Notes: generated from the letters alone by a model not told the origin. Numbered from the stretch's first letter, positions 1 through 8,825 are shown. The stretch: DNA of 36,714 nucleotides from a virus (IMGVR_UViG_2547132418_000017); one strand, 5' to 3'. Translations and numbers: made by a program.

Positions 1-54
1 TTTTTTGCGCTCAAATCTGGACGGTTTTAATCATTAATGGCAGATAATTGATCG

Positions 55-76
55 CGTTTTAAATGCTTTTAAAACG
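55..76. repeat. AT-rich palindrome CGTTTTAAA-tgct-TTTAAAACG
   Basis: Perfect 9-bp inverted repeat with 4-bp spacer read directly; a longer version of the same palindrome recurs at 17795..17819. Confidence 0.5.
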
Positions 77-172
77 GGCTTTATCCAGTACCCGTTCCCT
101 CTTCTCATTTCTTAGTTTTGATGTGGTTGTTGCTGATTAGTTAGCAGTATGCGCCCCGCCAAAACGAGGCGC

Positions 173-850
173 TCATGCTAATTTTTTGCTTACAGGCTTC
201 GTTTCTTGCTCCGGCGTGGCAACGGTCTGACCACCAGGCGACCCAGCCCGTGCACGAGATTCGATGCGTCGCAAAATCTCTTTGTCAGTTTCTTCATTAC
301 CAGCCAATGCCATGCAAATAGCGTCTTTAAGCGATTCCCTGATGTTTAGGCTTCTGATGGCAGTCTCTTGTTCGTCCAGGTCGCTGTCGGCCTGCATAGC
401 TTGCCTGGTGGGTTGTTGTAAGCGTTCCAAGACTCCTTTGATACCGATGTTGTAAAAAACATCAAGCAAAACATCTAAATCTTGAGCATTCATGCGCTGT
501 AATAGGAGATTTAATTCTGTTCTTTCGGTCGGATTTTGTTGCGGATTATTGTTTTCTGTAGCGGATTTTCCTGAAATTAACCACTCTACGGGAACATTGC
601 ATGCATGAGCCACCAAAGCTGCGCTGTCTATACCTGGGTAGATCTTCCCCTGCACGTACTTTCGTATTGTGGCTTCAGATAACCCACTCAGTTTTGACAG
701 TGTCATGTAATTTAATCCGCTGCCTTCCATAGCTGATTTAAGGCGCTCGCCGAAGCGGATTATATCCATAGCCTCAATAATCCGTTCTTTCTCGGTTTGC
801 TTGCTTGCGGTTTTATCTGCGTAACCGTTTCTTTTTAAAGAGTTTTTCAT
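173..850 (-). CDS. Prophage repressor, N-terminal HTH (XRE/CI-like), 225 aa
   Basis: Leftward ORF divergent from the early operon; N-terminal helix-turn-helix-like segment LSKLSGLSEATIRKYVQGK; not similar to the Mu c repressor sequence as I recall it. Confidence 0.7.
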   Translation of the reverse strand: MKNSLKRNGYADKTASKQTEKERIIEAMDIIRFGERLKSAMEGSGLNYMTLSKLSGLSEATIRKYVQGKIYPGIDSAALVAHACNVPVEWLISGKSATENNNPQQNPTERTELNLLLQRMNAQDLDVLLDVFYNIGIKGVLERLQQPTRQAMQADSDLDEQETAIRSLNIRESLKDAICMALAGNEETDKEILRRIESRARAGSPGGQTVATPEQETKPVSKKLA

Positions 851-864
851 ATTGCACCTGTGGC

Positions 865-917
865 ATACAAAAATCCGTCAAGACAAATACAAAAATCCGT
901 TGACAGCGGATTTTTGT
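865..917 (+). promoter_or_regulatory. Candidate operator: three copies of ACAAAAATCCG (two direct, one inverted)
   Basis: ATACAAAAATCCGT at 865..878 and 887..900; inverted copy CGGATTTTTGT at 907..917; copies 889..899 and 907..917 form a perfect 11-bp inverted repeat with 7-bp spacer. Confidence 0.55.
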
Positions 918-928
918 TTCACTAGGAT
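900..928 (+). promoter_or_regulatory. Candidate early promoter (Pe-like): -35 TTGACA 900..905, 17-bp spacer, -10 TAGGAT 923..928
   Basis: Consensus -35 hexamer sits inside the operator inverted repeat, about 60 bp upstream of the ner start. Confidence 0.5.
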
Positions 929-988
929 TTATCACATCAGATAAATGGTTTTGATTATCTGAATCGATAAATTGGAGAGGATCACACA

Positions 989-1261
989 ATGCAGTTATCG
1001 AGACAAGATCTAACTGACTTGTTTGTTCGTCGCGGACAAGACTGGTCTAGCAAAGCAATTGCAGCCGCCCTTGATAATAAAGGGGTTGATATCACTACGA
1101 TGGAGCGTGTACGCGGCTTAAAACCTGGTGCAATGCGTAACGTGTTTTATCGCCGCGTACCTGCATATGAATCAGCAATTGCAGAAGCAATTGGTGTGGA
1201 ACCGGAAGTTATCTGGCCATCACGTTATCGGAATAAAAATCCGCATAGCAACGCTGCATAG
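989..1261 (+). CDS. ner: Ner-like DNA-binding protein (Mu Ner/Nlp family), 90 aa
   Basis: First gene of early operon; C-terminal PEVIWPSRY matches the conserved Ner motif; SD GGAGAGG 974..980. Confidence 0.85.
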   Translation: MQLSRQDLTDLFVRRGQDWSSKAIAAALDNKGVDITTMERVRGLKPGAMRNVFYRRVPAYESAIAEAIGVEPEVIWPSRYRNKNPHSNAA

Positions 1262-1269
1262 GTGATGTT

Positions 1270-3312
1270 ATGTGGATTACAGCAAAAGAGTGTGCTGGCA
1301 TTGGAGGGCTACCAACACGTGAACACAATGTCAGAGCACGTCTAGATCGTGTAATTGAGAATAAACCTGAATTAAGGCGCAAGCGTGAAGGCACAAAAGC
1401 ATTCGAGTATCACATCGACTGCCTGCCCGCTGAAGCGGAGAAAGTTTTACGTAAGCGCCTGACCCATCAGGTCCTGGAAGATACGCAACTGCCCGCCGTG
1501 GTTGAGCAGAAGGCAGTTAAAAACGTTACCGTTCGCGATGAACTGGAGGTGATGGTCAAATGCCCGGAACTGGCATTACGCGAAGTTCAGGCACTGACTG
1601 ACAAGCAAAAAGCCATCGCAGATGCGCGGATATTGCTGGCTACCGAAGTGCATAAACTGCGTGAATACGCAGGAATGTCCAGGACGGCGGCGATAAAACA
1701 CATCGTTGATGGTATCCGGCAGGAGGCTTTGCCCGAGCGTGTTATTGTGGCAGGTAATACCGCCAATGCCCGACAGGGTAAGCGAACTGGCGTCAGTACA
1801 GGGAGTTTACAGGAATGGTATTCCGCCTGGCTGATGGCGCGCGGTGATGCCAATCAGTTACTGGCGTTACTGGCTCCCGGTCATCATAAGGGGACACCGT
1901 GGGAGCAGGTCTGGTGGTTGAGCGATTTCTTAATGTTCTATCGCTCATGGAAGCGCCCGACCGTTGAATATGCGTATCGCGAGTTTTCAGCCTGGTGGCA
2001 TGAAAAACACGCGAATGATGCGGGAATGCTGGCAGCACTGCCTTCAGTTCATGCAGTAAGACGGGTGTTAAGCAGCGTCCCGGTGATTGTTAAAGAGCGT
2101 TTCCGCTCCACCGGTTCAGCCTGGCGTTCGCTCAATCCCTTTGTGCGGCGCGACTGGACATCATTACCGGTTAATGCGGTATGGGTCGGGGATGGTCACT
2201 GTATGAAAATGACCGCGTTTAACCCCCTGACCGGCAATATTTTCCGGCCAGAAGTAACGCTGGTTATGGATGCGGGACAACGCTTTGTTGTGGGCTGGTC
2301 ACTGTCCCTGTCGGAGAACGTGATAGCCGTTGCTGATGCGTTACGTTACGGCATGGCGCAGCACGGGATACCGCTGGTTTATTACTCCGATAACGGGGGC
2401 GGTGAAAAAAACCGGGTGCTTGATGCCGATATTACCGGGATTCTGCCCCGGCTGGGTGTGGAACATCACACGGGGATACCAGGTAACCCGCAGGGGCGCG
2501 GGGTGATTGAAAGGCTTAATAAGGAAATTCCCCGGGATGTGGCCCTGAGTTTCCAGACGTACTGCTCAAAGGGAGCAGACAAGGAAACCGTAATGATGCA
2601 GCAACGGATTATGCAGTCAGCCATTAAGGCCACCCACAAAGGGAAAGAACTGACAAAACGGCAGGTTAAGGCGAGGGATGAAATCCCCACCTTTGAGCAG
2701 CTGATGGCAGCTATAGAGCTGGAGGTCAGACGCTATAACAACCGACCACACAGCAGCCTTCCCCGCAAAGAGGATGGCGAATATTACAGCCCGGCAGCGT
2801 ATCGCCGGAAACTGATAAAAGAGCAGAATGTTGAAATTGATTTCCTGTCGCCGGAAGAACTGCATGAAATGTTCAGACCGGAAGTGACGCGCAAAACATT
2901 TCGCGGGGAAATTCAGTTATTCAACAATATTTATTACTCGTATGAGCTGGCCGCAGAGCACGGGAATGAAGTCAGGGTCAGTTACGATATTCATGATGCA
3001 AACAGCGTCATTGTCCGGCGGGCTGATGGCTCTTATATCTGCGATGCCATCTGGAACGGTAACAAGGTTGATGCCTTCGCTAAACCAGTTATCGAACAAA
3101 AACTGGAGAAACGCGTCAGAGGCCGCATTGCACGGGCCACGCAGAAAATCGAAGAGGCTAAACGCGAGCTTACCCCGGCTATTACGCAGAAACCTGACTT
3201 TAATTTTGGATTTGGTCTGGAGCGCCCGGAGAAAAAGGATAAAGAAGAACTTTATTTATTTGCATCTGAACGCGAACGCAATTTAAAGAAAAACGGCACA
3301 AACAACCGTTAA
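1270..3312 (+). CDS. Mu-type DDE transposase A, 680 aa
   Basis: Size and position after ner; catalytic-core-like motifs VWVGDGHCM and VYYSDNGGGE. Confidence 0.9.
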   Translation: MWITAKECAGIGGLPTREHNVRARLDRVIENKPELRRKREGTKAFEYHIDCLPAEAEKVLRKRLTHQVLEDTQLPAVVEQKAVKNVTVRDELEVMVKCPELALREVQALTDKQKAIADARILLATEVHKLREYAGMSRTAAIKHIVDGIRQEALPERVIVAGNTANARQGKRTGVSTGSLQEWYSAWLMARGDANQLLALLAPGHHKGTPWEQVWWLSDFLMFYRSWKRPTVEYAYREFSAWWHEKHANDAGMLAALPSVHAVRRVLSSVPVIVKERFRSTGSAWRSLNPFVRRDWTSLPVNAVWVGDGHCMKMTAFNPLTGNIFRPEVTLVMDAGQRFVVGWSLSLSENVIAVADALRYGMAQHGIPLVYYSDNGGGEKNRVLDADITGILPRLGVEHHTGIPGNPQGRGVIERLNKEIPRDVALSFQTYCSKGADKETVMMQQRIMQSAIKATHKGKELTKRQVKARDEIPTFEQLMAAIELEVRRYNNRPHSSLPRKEDGEYYSPAAYRRKLIKEQNVEIDFLSPEELHEMFRPEVTRKTFRGEIQLFNNIYYSYELAAEHGNEVRVSYDIHDANSVIVRRADGSYICDAIWNGNKVDAFAKPVIEQKLEKRVRGRIARATQKIEEAKRELTPAITQKPDFNFGFGLERPEKKDKEELYLFASERERNLKKNGTNNR

Positions 3313-3330
3313 TTTAAAAGGTATTTAATT

Positions 3331-4224
3331 ATGAGTTTAATTACGCAATTAAATGACGTAATGGCCCGTCGCGGCTATACGCAGACCCACGTCGCCCGTG
3401 CTATTGGTCGTAGCAGCGCCGTTATCAACCAGTATTTACAGGGTAAATATCAGGGCGATATGGCTGATATTGAAGAACGCATTTCTGCCTTCGTGACCCG
3501 TGAGCGGGAAAAGGAAAACAGCCGCCGTATTAAAGCAAAGTTTGTGACCACCGGTATGGCTGCCAAAGGACTGGAGGTGCTGGCCTACGCTCACCTGGAA
3601 TGTGAAATCTGTGTGCTGTATGGCGCGGCAGGTCTTGGCAAAACAATGATTCTGCGTGAATACGCCTCCAGAAACCGGGATGCGGTCCTGATTGAGGCTG
3701 ACCCGGGCTATACAGCCAGGACACTGCTTGAGGAGTTGTGCCGCCAGCTGGGGGTAAAGGTTCGCGGCAACATTCACGAACTGATTGATGCCTGTGTGCG
3801 CGAACTGCGTGATTCCGGTCGTCTGCTGATGGTGGACGAGGCTGAACTGCTCCCCTATCGCGCACTGGAGGTTCTGCGCCGTCTGCATGACAAAGCGGGT
3901 ATCGGGGTTGTCCTGGCGGGTATGCCTCGTCTTCTGATTAATCTCAAGGGGCGTCGTGGTGAATTTGCGCAGTTATACAGCCGCGTGGCGCTGGCGCTTA
4001 ACCTGGGCGACATGCTGGCGCAGGAAGATTTTAACCAGATAGCCACCGGGCTGATGCCGGAAGCAGCAGAACGGGAAATCAGCGAGGCGCTTTACGCACG
4101 CTCGCTGGGTAATGCCCGCCGCCTGTTCAAACTGGCGCGTGGTGTGTACCGGATTTGTGATATCAGCGATGCGCCGGTCAGTGTGCAGGCCATTGATAAA
4201 TTCGCAGAAATGTTAATTCACTGA
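3331..4224 (+). CDS. Mu-type transposition ATPase B, 297 aa
   Basis: Walker A GAAGLGKT, Walker B LLMVDEAE, N-terminal HTH-like segment; immediately downstream of transposase A. Confidence 0.9.
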   Translation: MSLITQLNDVMARRGYTQTHVARAIGRSSAVINQYLQGKYQGDMADIEERISAFVTREREKENSRRIKAKFVTTGMAAKGLEVLAYAHLECEICVLYGAAGLGKTMILREYASRNRDAVLIEADPGYTARTLLEELCRQLGVKVRGNIHELIDACVRELRDSGRLLMVDEAELLPYRALEVLRRLHDKAGIGVVLAGMPRLLINLKGRRGEFAQLYSRVALALNLGDMLAQEDFNQIATGLMPEAAEREISEALYARSLGNARRLFKLARGVYRICDISDAPVSVQAIDKFAEMLIH

Positions 4225-4463
4225 TGGAGAACAAGATGATGGACAAGCAGACCATTAACGCCGTCCGTTCCCGTGCCCGTGTGGCCATCCACACCACCGG
4301 CGGTCGCGTAACTGGGCAACATCACCGTTTACCTGTGGTTTATGCCTGCCCGCCCGTGGGCGGCCCTGTATGGCCGGTAACGGAAATCATCCAGACATTC
4401 AGCGGCCTGCGCCGCGTGGTGAAAACGTCCTGTATCGACGGCTGCACCGTCGTATGGCAATAA
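4224..4463 (+). CDS. Hypothetical protein, 79 aa
   Basis: ATG overlaps the transposase B stop (TGATGG), suggesting translational coupling; no recognisable family. Confidence 0.45.
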   Translation: MENKMMDKQTINAVRSRARVAIHTTGGRVTGQHHRLPVVYACPPVGGPVWPVTEIIQTFSGLRRVVKTSCIDGCTVVWQ

Positions 4464-4475
4464 GAGGAAATCAGA

Positions 4476-4691
4476 ATGGCGGTTAAGTTAGAAGTAATTA
4501 TCTATACCGATGAAAAAGGCTGTGTTTTAACCCAGACCACGGGGAGTTATTCGAAGGACGGAGCTTCCGAAAAGGAGTTTCAGGTGGCAACAAGATTACA
4601 TGATGCTATCAAGGAAACGCTCAGAAATGACTATAACGGCGTGAATCTTTTTTCTGAAAATGTTGCGCCTCGCGCACATAACACACATTAA
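4476..4691 (+). CDS. Hypothetical protein, 71 aa
   Basis: ORF with SD AGAGGAAA upstream; no recognisable family. Confidence 0.45.
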   Translation: MAVKLEVIIYTDEKGCVLTQTTGSYSKDGASEKEFQVATRLHDAIKETLRNDYNGVNLFSENVAPRAHNTH

Positions 4692-4720
4692 TCTGTAAAT
4701 ATCACTGAGGTAATTTAATT

Positions 4721-5365
4721 ATGACTACTGAAAATAAAGTTAAGCAATACACGAAAACTCAAGCGCCTGAAGGTTACTGGGTGGATGCCCGTGGCGTAAT
4801 GACACCTGAAAGCCTTATCAAAGATATTGACCGCGACCGCGAGCAGCTGGTCGGTGAGCTTGTGGAGATGGTGATTACTGCCTCCGCCTCACTGCGGGAA
4901 CTGAAACTGCGTGCGTTTGGTGATATCCAGGCATTTATTGACCTGTCGGCAGAGAAATACGGTGCTGTGAAAGGCGGCAAAAAAGGGAATATCACGCTTT
5001 ACAGCTTTGACGGGCGTTACAAGATTCAGCGCGCCATGCAGGACCGTATCGCGTTTGATGAACGCATTCAGACCGCGAAGGCGCTGATTGACGACTGTCT
5101 GGCTGACTGGACGGAAGGTGCGCGCCCTGAAATTAAAGCCATCATCAGTGAGGCATTCAGCACGGACAAGGAAGGCAACATCAACACCGGGCGCGTTCTG
5201 GCCCTGCGTCGCCTCGAAATTGAGGACGAACGCTGGAATAACGCCATGTCGCTGATTGGTGAAGCCGTCCAGGTGATTGGCAGCAAGAGCTATATTCGTG
5301 TGTATGAGCGCGTTGGTGATTCTGATGAATACCGCGCAATCCCTCTTGATATTGCAGGGGTTTAA
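4721..5365 (+). CDS. DUF3164-like protein, 214 aa
   Basis: Resembles the DUF3164 family common in Mu-like prophages (recalled, not searched); sits where Mu carries gam. Confidence 0.6.
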   Translation: MTTENKVKQYTKTQAPEGYWVDARGVMTPESLIKDIDRDREQLVGELVEMVITASASLRELKLRAFGDIQAFIDLSAEKYGAVKGGKKGNITLYSFDGRYKIQRAMQDRIAFDERIQTAKALIDDCLADWTEGARPEIKAIISEAFSTDKEGNINTGRVLALRRLEIEDERWNNAMSLIGEAVQVIGSKSYIRVYERVGDSDEYRAIPLDIAGV

Positions 5366-5366
5366 T

Positions 5367-5600
5367 ATGCATCAGAATATCAAAGAGTACAGAGCCGGAA
5401 ATAGTTGCGCGGCGTATTCGCTGGGCGCGTCCAGAGCAGAACAACGCGGCGATTATGACGAGGCAGAAAAACTGTGGCGCAAGGCAGCGCAAAGCCCGTG
5501 TAGCACCCTGCGCCGCACCTGGGCTGAACATCGTGCGGAGTTCTGCGCTAACGCTCACCTGAAGGGATGGAGGCCACGCCATGAATGCGAAGAACTTTAA
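5367..5600 (+). CDS. Hypothetical protein, 77 aa
   Basis: ATG at 5367 one nt after the upstream stop, SD AGGGG 5356..5360; the longer form from 5277 overlaps the previous gene and is less likely. Confidence 0.4.
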   Translation: MHQNIKEYRAGNSCAAYSLGASRAEQRGDYDEAEKLWRKAAQSPCSTLRRTWAEHRAEFCANAHLKGWRPRHECEEL

Positions 5601-5772
5601 TAAGTTATATCCGCTTGGTACTCGTTTCATGCACATTGCACATCAGGCGGTGCGTGGTGGGCGGGTGGTAAAAACTGTTGCACCGGCCAGAGATTTTAAA
5701 TGTGGTTGTGTGATTGAAATTAATGTCGAGCCTTATTTCGTAAAAGTCGAAACACTGAAAGCACCGCATTAA
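5581..5772 (+). CDS. Hypothetical protein, 63 aa
   Basis: ORF overlapping the end of the previous gene; followed by the AT-rich spacer and hairpin. Confidence 0.35.
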   Translation: MNAKNFNKLYPLGTRFMHIAHQAVRGGRVVKTVAPARDFKCGCVIEINVEPYFVKVETLKAPH

Positions 5773-5803
5773 TTTAATTTGTTTTTAATTGTTATTTAAA
5801 ACA

Positions 5804-5841
5804 GGCGTAACCCCGCCGGGGCTGGCTTACGCCTGAATCTG
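5804..5841 (+). repeat. Hairpin-plus-RBS cassette, copy 1
   Basis: GGCGTAA (5804..5810) / TTACGCC (5827..5833) stem around a 16-nt GC-rich loop, then TGAATCTG and SD GGAGG; 38 nt identical to 6429..6466. Confidence 0.7.
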
Positions 5842-5853
5842 GAGGATTTGTAT

Positions 5854-6399
5854 ATGAAAGATAAAGTCTGGGATTTTATTGTTGCTCCTGAAGGTTTTGC
5901 CACCCGTTCATCTGAGAAGTTAACCAATGTAACGTTATGGGCATCATCATTGCTGGGCCATCTGGGAGCACCTGCCGATTTTATGTATGTGGTACTTGAT
6001 GCGCAGATTGCCGGAAATGCTGTGGCCAGTAATGGGGCTTATATTCAGGGGGATTTGTTCGCCATGATGGCGAATGACACAGCAGCGCTGTATATCGCCA
6101 CACGGAACATACTGACAAGAATATCCATGCTGTCTGACTGTAAGGATATGGAAGACCTCGCATACATCCTTGAAGATGATTTGCTCACTATTTCAGGTGT
6201 GCAGGAATCCCTCTCGCGTCAGTTGCGGTTTATTGAACTGATGGAGTCATATAAAGATAAGCCTGATTTTTTTCAGATTCGATTCAGCGGGATGGAACTG
6301 CTGGATAAATATTATCCGCTGGATTCGATTGCCCGTGATGTGAAGGCGTTCGTTAAGTCTGTTGGCCGCCATTACTGGAAAGCTGAACGTCGTAGTTAA
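5854..6399 (+). CDS. Hypothetical protein, 181 aa
   Basis: ATG 5854 with SD GGAGG 5841..5845; no recognisable family. Confidence 0.55.
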   Translation: MKDKVWDFIVAPEGFATRSSEKLTNVTLWASSLLGHLGAPADFMYVVLDAQIAGNAVASNGAYIQGDLFAMMANDTAALYIATRNILTRISMLSDCKDMEDLAYILEDDLLTISGVQESLSRQLRFIELMESYKDKPDFFQIRFSGMELLDKYYPLDSIARDVKAFVKSVGRHYWKAERRS

Positions 6400-6428
6400 T
6401 AAGTCTGTTTTTAATTTTATTTGTATAT

Positions 6429-6466
6429 GGCGTAACCCCGCCGGGGCTGGCTTACGCCTGAATCTG
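6429..6466 (+). repeat. Hairpin-plus-RBS cassette, copy 2
   Basis: Identical 38-nt core to 5804..5841, again directly upstream of a start codon (6478). Confidence 0.7.
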
Positions 6467-6477
6467 AGGGATTCATT

Positions 6478-7194
6478 ATGGAAAATAAAAGCAAATACAT
6501 CGCCAAAATTAAAAAGCTGTTACGCCTTGCCAGAGGAACATCAAGCCCGGAAGAAGCCGCTAACGCTATTGCAAAAGCCCAGGCTTATATGCGCCAGCAT
6601 GGCATCAGCGAAAACGACGCTGAATTGTTCGACATTCAGGAAGCTGCCAGCGCGGGTGCGCCGAGTGATGCCAGTACACCGCCGCGTTATATGCACATCC
6701 TGTGTGACCTGGTCTGTAAAGCCTTCGGTGTCGAGTGTTACATCTCCGGCGAATACCGGGCTTCTGGTTCACTCAAACGTTACGTTCGTTTTTATGGTCC
6801 TGACAGCCGCCCGGAAATTGCGGCATATGCGTTTGATGTGCTTTCCCGTCAGATGATGGCAGAGCGCAAGAAATATCAGGATAAACACTGCAAACGTTGC
6901 GGCCCGTCCACGCGGGTGGCCCGTGGCGACCAGTTCTGCGAAGGCTGGGTCTTTGGTGCCCGTGATGTCATTGCGGTGTATGACGTCTCCCCGGAAGAAA
7001 AAAGCCGCCTTGAGCTTTACAGAAAGAACCTGCACAGCACTAAGGGACTGCGCGACGGGGATATGCGCACAGCTAAAGCGTGCCGGGGTGCAGAGTTTGC
7101 CGCTACTGCCGGTTTTATCGCCGGGAAAAACGCCAGACTGCATCAGGGGGTTAATGGTCAGAGCAACAAAACGCTGGCACTGGGGAGGGTGTAA
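6478..7194 (+). CDS. DUF2786-like protein with C-terminal Cys cluster, 238 aa
   Basis: N-terminal KIKKLLRLARGTSSPEEAANAIAKAQAYMRQHGI resembles the DUF2786 family as I recall it; C-terminal HCKRCG...FCEGW. Confidence 0.55.
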   Translation: MENKSKYIAKIKKLLRLARGTSSPEEAANAIAKAQAYMRQHGISENDAELFDIQEAASAGAPSDASTPPRYMHILCDLVCKAFGVECYISGEYRASGSLKRYVRFYGPDSRPEIAAYAFDVLSRQMMAERKKYQDKHCKRCGPSTRVARGDQFCEGWVFGARDVIAVYDVSPEEKSRLELYRKNLHSTKGLRDGDMRTAKACRGAEFAATAGFIAGKNARLHQGVNGQSNKTLALGRV

Positions 7195-7196
7195 CG

Positions 7197-7424
7197 ATGG
7201 CTTTTAAACTTCTCAGTGTTACCGAAGCAATATACCAGCCGCCCGGAGAACGCCACGAATACAGGATGAATGACGGTAGCGCGGCGGTTGAGTTCCCCGG
7301 ATATCCGGGGGCTTCCCGGTGGCGGTTCTATGACAGTGCGGGACGCCGGATTATTAAAAGAATCGTGCACAACGCCATGAAAGCCGCTGTAGAACGTCAC
7401 AAAAGGAGGTTTAACTGCAAATGA
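7197..7424 (+). CDS. Hypothetical protein, 75 aa
   Basis: ORF starting 2 nt after the upstream stop. Confidence 0.4.
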   Translation: MAFKLLSVTEAIYQPPGERHEYRMNDGSAAVEFPGYPGASRWRFYDSAGRRIIKRIVHNAMKAAVERHKRRFNCK

Positions 7425-7645
7425 ATATTGAATTTTATAACTATGGGACTAAAGCAAAAATCATTGTTACCTGCTGGCTCTGGGAGTTTCGCCGCTATAA
7501 CCGGGTTGTGGATGCGGCGCTTTTTGTGGCCCCTGAAGTGCACCATCAGAGCGGTGGCGGTCTTTTAATGAGAACCGTCATCTACGGTAAGACGGTCCCG
7601 ATGTTACGGGCGTTTAAAGTGGCAAAACAGGAGGCTGCACAATGA
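7421..7645 (+). CDS. Hypothetical protein, 74 aa
   Basis: ATGA start-stop overlap with the previous gene; AT-rich. Confidence 0.4.
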   Translation: MNIEFYNYGTKAKIIVTCWLWEFRRYNRVVDAALFVAPEVHHQSGGGLLMRTVIYGKTVPMLRAFKVAKQEAAQ

Positions 7646-7833
7646 GTAACGAGCACATCCATCATTATCAGCGTGATGGGTCAATTTTCATATGCCAGCG
7701 TTGCGGCACAGCAAAGCATCGTAATGGTAAATACTGGTGGGCCGGTCGCTATTCAGAATCTGAACCACCATGTGTTGATGATGTTGTGGGGCAGGATGCG
7801 TGGTTTGAAACTGCAAAAAGCGAGGAAGGATGA
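7642..7833 (+). CDS. Hypothetical Cys-containing small protein (possible Zn ribbon), 63 aa
   Basis: ATGA overlap with upstream gene; CQRCG motif plus a further Cys. Confidence 0.4.
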   Translation: MSNEHIHHYQRDGSIFICQRCGTAKHRNGKYWWAGRYSESEPPCVDDVVGQDAWFETAKSEEG

Positions 7834-7834
7834 G

Positions 7835-8023
7835 ATGAAAAACCGTAAGGCAAGACTGCTGATAGCAAAGCCCGGGCAGTGTATCCGTATCTCAAACAGG
7901 CTTGTTATTTACTATAGATATCTGGGTTTTAGGGGGGGTTCCTCTATTCGTTTTTACGGTGTCTGGCGGAGCAGAAGCGCGGCGCAAAACCGCTGGAGGA
8001 ATCACGGAGCAACAACACGATGA
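7835..8023 (+). CDS. Hypothetical small basic protein, 62 aa
   Basis: ATG 7835 with SD GAGGAAGGA immediately upstream; this is the 3' part of six-frame ORF 7673..8023. Confidence 0.35.
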   Translation: MKNRKARLLIAKPGQCIRISNRLVIYYRYLGFRGGSSIRFYGVWRSRSAAQNRWRNHGATTR

Positions 8024-8205
8024 AAACTATCACTGTAACGGTTGAAATCGACGTTCCTGATAACGCAACGGACAATGATATTGCTGATTTTGTCGATGTC
8101 GAGTATGGGGAGTGCGGAAAAATGGCACTTGATAACCCATGCCGGACAGATGGAACGGAAATACTCGATGCCAGATGGGAACACGGACCTGATTACGCGA
8201 GGTGA
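8020..8205 (+). CDS. Hypothetical acidic protein, 61 aa
   Basis: ATGA overlap with upstream ORF. Confidence 0.4.
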   Translation: MKTITVTVEIDVPDNATDNDIADFVDVEYGECGKMALDNPCRTDGTEILDARWEHGPDYAR

Positions 8206-8208
8206 AAT

Positions 8209-8466
8209 ATGAGATTGGTTGACCTTTTTATTATCGCTCTGATTATTACGGTTATTGCGCTTTGCGTTACAACGGGCAAGGAACCTGATGTTCCTGGTGA
8301 TACGGGTGGGCATTGCGTGGTAAGGAGAAGTTTCATCAAAACCATTACGCATTGTGATGATGGAAGCGCCACCATGACCAGCGGCGATAAGTTTATATAC
8401 TGCTCTGCCGGGAAAGATGGCACGCCATCCTGTCATGAAGTGACGCTCAGTGATGGTGATAAATAA
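8209..8466 (+). CDS. Hypothetical small membrane-anchored Cys-rich protein, 85 aa
   Basis: N-terminal hydrophobic segment LVDLFIIALIITVIALCV followed by a Cys-containing soluble part; AT-rich. Confidence 0.4.
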   Translation: MRLVDLFIIALIITVIALCVTTGKEPDVPGDTGGHCVVRRSFIKTITHCDDGSATMTSGDKFIYCSAGKDGTPSCHEVTLSDGDK

Positions 8467-8492
8467 TTCATCATGTTGAGCGGATAATAATC

Positions 8493-8825
8493 ATGCGCAG
8501 ACCAAAACATATGTTTTGGTCTTCCAAAAGTGATGTTTTGGTCATTATGAAAATTGAACAAATCGGAATAGCTGCCTTCAGGCAGCAGGCTGAAAGCGGT
8601 GGTGTGGATGAGTTCGTCGTGCAGCGGTTCGGTGGTGTGTATCACCTCTTCGCTGTGAATCGCCGCGCCGGGGTGTCCTATTTTCTACAGGAACGCCGTG
8701 GCGATTACAAGACGTGGCTGTCTCTTGACCGTGCCGCCGCGTTCCTGTCGGGGATTGGTGTTTCACGTTTTACCGTGCGTTTTGAGGATAACAAACATGC
8801 TGAAAAAGATGATCGGGGCCATTAA
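8493..8825 (+). CDS. Hypothetical protein (start ambiguous: 8493, 8511 or 8547)
   Basis: ORF upstream of and overlapping the GemA-like gene by 29 nt in another frame; no strong SD at any candidate start. Confidence 0.35.
   Translation: MRRPKHMFWSSKSDVLVIMKIEQIGIAAFRQQAESGGVDEFVVQRFGGVYHLFAVNRRAGVSYFLQERRGDYKTWLSLDRAAAFLSGIGVSRFTVRFEDNKHAEKDDRGH

Noticed and set aside
151-172. Hairpin GCGCCCCGCC...GAGGCGC just beyond the repressor stop as a terminator
   Set aside because: Imperfect stem and no U-tract on the transcribed (minus) strand; cannot be called an intrinsic terminator from sequence.
1270-4224. Transposase A/B pair as an insertion sequence or composite transposon
   Set aside because: The pair is flanked by a repressor and ner on one side and a full set of phage lysis and morphogenesis genes on the other, which is the transposable-phage arrangement rather than an IS.
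7673-8023. 116-aa form of the ORF starting at 7673
   Set aside because: Its first 160 nt overlap the 7642..7833 gene out of frame; the internal ATG at 7835 with a strong SD directly after that gene's stop is a more plausible start.
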